Shown piece by piece: positions 61,762-64,000 of a stretch of 64,000 nucleotides of DNA; the stretch's first letter is position 1; each line of letters starts with the position of its first letter. A program made the position numbers and the translations under genes. A model generated the notes under the pieces. It saw only the letters and a list, made by a program, of their open reading frames with translations, was not told the DNA's origin and did no database searches. The stretch is from contig JBESAV010000001.1 in the NCBI GenBank assembly GCA_041242255.1, forward strand, positions 864,001 to 928,000, read 5' to 3'. The DNA comes from Candidatus Altimarinota bacterium (GTDB taxonomy: Bacteria; Patescibacteriota; Gracilibacteria; UBA1369; GCA-2718715).

Positions 61762-62733
61762 CTAAACAATTAAATAAATCATATACCCAAAGTATATCAT
61801 CAAAAACAAAACACCCTGCCATTTTTGCAGAACATGTTTTTTTCCAAGAAACAAAAACACCAAAAGCAAAGCCGCCGACAATATTGCTACAATCGCACTC
61901 ATGTCACTCTCCGAAGGATTATACGGCAAAGGACTAATCATTGAACTCACACCCAAAATCCAAAAAACATTAAATATATTCGAACCAGCCACATTCCCTA
62001 CTGCAATATCAGCATTACCTCTCATCGCAGCCACAACCGATGTAGCAAGCTCAGGAAGCGATGTACCAATCGCTACAATCGTAACCCCAACCAAAGCCTC
62101 TGGCCATTCAAAATAATCAGCCAAAGCAGTCGCCCCATCCACAATCCACTTACCACCAAAAGCCAAGCCTAAAGCACCCAAAACTATAAAGAAGATAGAT
62201 TTATTCCATGACATCTTAACAATATCCTCATCTTTAGTTTTGTCTTTATTAGCTCTCACTAGACCAAAAGTATAATACATAAACACCACAAAGAAGGACA
62301 AAAACACTACCCCATCAGCCCTCGACAAAACATTTCCAATCGCATTCTGACCCGATGGATCCATCAAAACATCATTCCCCATGAAAAACAAAAGAACAAC
62401 CGACAAAAGTCCAAGCGGTATCTCCTTCCAAACCGTATCTGATTTCACTGTTAATGGAGTTATCAAAGCTGCAGCTCCTAAAATAAGCAAAATATTTGCA
62501 ATATTACTCCCCAGCACATTTGCAATTGCAAGGTCAGTTGCGCCCGAAAGCGAAGCCAAAACATTTACAATCAACTCCGGCGCAGAAGTCCCAAAAGATA
62601 CAATAGTCAAACCAATTACAATATCCGAAACCTTAAGCCTCTTTGCAATCGAAGAAGACCCATCTACCAAAAGATCAGCCCCTTTAATCAAAGCCGGAAA
62701 CCCTATAACAAACAAAATACCCTCTAATAACAT
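61762..62733 (-). CDS. Ca2+/Na+ antiporter (CaCA, YrbG-like)
   Basis: Two alpha repeats GTSAPEL / GTSLPEL with GSNI. Confidence 0.92.
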   Translation of the reverse strand: MLLEGILFVIGFPALIKGADLLVDGSSSIAKRLKVSDIVIGLTIVSFGTSAPELIVNVLASLSGATDLAIANVLGSNIANILLILGAAALITPLTVKSDTVWKEIPLGLLSVVLLFFMGNDVLMDPSGQNAIGNVLSRADGVVFLSFFVVFMYYTFGLVRANKDKTKDEDIVKMSWNKSIFFIVLGALGLAFGGKWIVDGATALADYFEWPEALVGVTIVAIGTSLPELATSVVAAMRGNADIAVGNVAGSNIFNVFWILGVSSMISPLPYNPSESDMSAIVAILSAALLLVFLFLGKKHVLQKWQGVLFLMIYFGYMIYLIV

Positions 62734-62780
62734 TCTAAATAGTTAATTTGAGGGTATCTTACCAAACTTCTTAATCAATT

Positions 62781-64000
62781 TTAATCTTTTTGAACACTTC
62801 TAAATTCTCCTGAATGTCTTGGCAAAGTTTTTTGATCAGAAGAATTTCTATCAAAAGGATTCTTACCTTTATCTAAACTCCCAACCAATGCATCAATATC
62901 ATCTTCATCCATTTCACCATCAAACAACATTCCAGCATCAGTACTTTCTTCTAAACCTTGCGGAAATTCTTCAATAGATTCACTCAAACTATCAAGTGAA
63001 ACAATACTAGAACCAGCTAACCTCCAATCAAATCCATCACCACTCGTCCTAAACAAATCTCCTTTAAAGCTTCCATCACTTGAAACATCATAAGGGATCA
63101 AATCATCAGCCTTACTAGCAAAAGCTTTGGTTATCTCTCTAGTTCTTGCCAAACCTCCAATAATCTCGTGGTTTATTCTCAAAGCTTCATCAGCTTTTTC
63201 TTCTACTCTATCCACTCTATTATCAACTTCATCAATTCTTAAAGTATTACCTTTTACAGCTTCTTCAAGGTCAGCAATACGCCTCCTAGCTTCTTCCAAT
63301 TCATTTTCTAACTGCTCTTTTTCTTCAGCTGCAAGTAATGCTTCAAAATCTAAACTTCCAGCCATTGTTTCTCTTAAATGATCAGTCTCATTAGTCATAG
63401 CATAAGCCACATCTTCCTCTTCCGACTCAGAAACTTCAGAAACATATTCCTCCAATGTCATAATCTTAGGCCCATTACTAGACTCAGTATCTTCTTCTAA
63501 ATCAACCCCAACTCCCTCTAAAGCTGTAACATCTACAAATGGCAAAGTACGTTCATCATTATTAAACCCCTCAAACAAACCATCATTATTTTGAAATTCC
63601 ATCTCAACTGGCTCCAAAAACTCAGGCTCAATTTCAAGTATATTATTTTCATTATTAACTGCAGCTGCATACTTAACCGCATCTCTACAGATCCTCATGT
63701 TTTCAGCAGAATCATAACCAAATCCAACTACATGCTCCACAATAGAAGTTAGAGGTTCTAAATTTAAAGCACCTTGATTATAAAGATTTTCAAGCTTTTG
63801 GTTTATCAATTTAACAAACTCATCGATTTCACTTGCAGGAACTCTTCTTTCTAAAACTCTGAGTAAATTATCCGATGACTCAACATTATTTTCATAAGCA
63901 ACAGTTAGTTGTTTAGTATCAATCCCATGCCTAAGCATAAGCAAAGATTGAACACCAGACTGCTCACTTGGTCGAACTTGATAAAGCCTATTCAACTTTG
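62781..64000 (-). CDS. Acidic orphan protein with coiled coil (probably 5'-truncated by the window)
   Basis: Frame stays open to the window edge; heptads 'RIDEVDNRVDRVEEKADEAL'. Confidence 0.6.
   Translation of the reverse strand, partial: KLNRLYQVRPSEQSGVQSLLMLRHGIDTKQLTVAYENNVESSDNLLRVLERRVPASEIDEFVKLINQKLENLYNQGALNLEPLTSIVEHVVGFGYDSAENMRICRDAVKYAAAVNNENNILEIEPEFLEPVEMEFQNNDGLFEGFNNDERTLPFVDVTALEGVGVDLEEDTESSNGPKIMTLEEYVSEVSESEEEDVAYAMTNETDHLRETMAGSLDFEALLAAEEKEQLENELEEARRRIADLEEAVKGNTLRIDEVDNRVDRVEEKADEALRINHEIIGGLARTREITKAFASKADDLIPYDVSSDGSFKGDLFRTSGDGFDWRLAGSSIVSLDSLSESIEEFPQGLEESTDAGMLFDGEMDEDDIDALVGSLDKGKNPFDRNSSDQKTLPRHSGEFRSVQKD

Overview
A 64-kb, AT-rich, gene-dense bacterial chromosome segment with about 59 CDS and one tRNA-Glu(TTC). 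I found no rRNA, CRISPR, IS or prophage. Gene content points to a Patescibacteria/CPR genome, probably Peregrinibacteria/Gracilibacteria-like but using code 11 (inference). The evidence is archaeal-type TpiA, AMP phosphorylase and RibL-like enzymes, fermentative pta/ackA/ldh, several SLH surface proteins, a single-chain UvrD-nuclease and no obvious Shine-Dalgarno motifs. Housekeeping genes include gltX, rpmH-rnpA-yidC-jag, greA-rpoD-dnaG, truB-murE, hpf, asnS, holA, gatCA, ftsX-recO, rel and xth. The most unusual features are: (1) six orphan genes, each with its own TTGAC[AT] sigma70 promoter whose -35 box starts 0-5 bp after the stop codon of the upstream gene; (2) one of these orphans split by a 1-nt frameshift at an A7 run; (3) a three-gene locus with a 1736-aa protein (SH3b-like domain plus beta-barrel/pore-like strands, no signal peptide) and a 1147-aa Cys-module surface protein; (4) TGA used at only 1 of 59 stops; (5) repeated 4-bp tail-to-tail gene overlaps; (6) extreme strand compositional asymmetry. 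All calls come from motif reading; no database searches were run.
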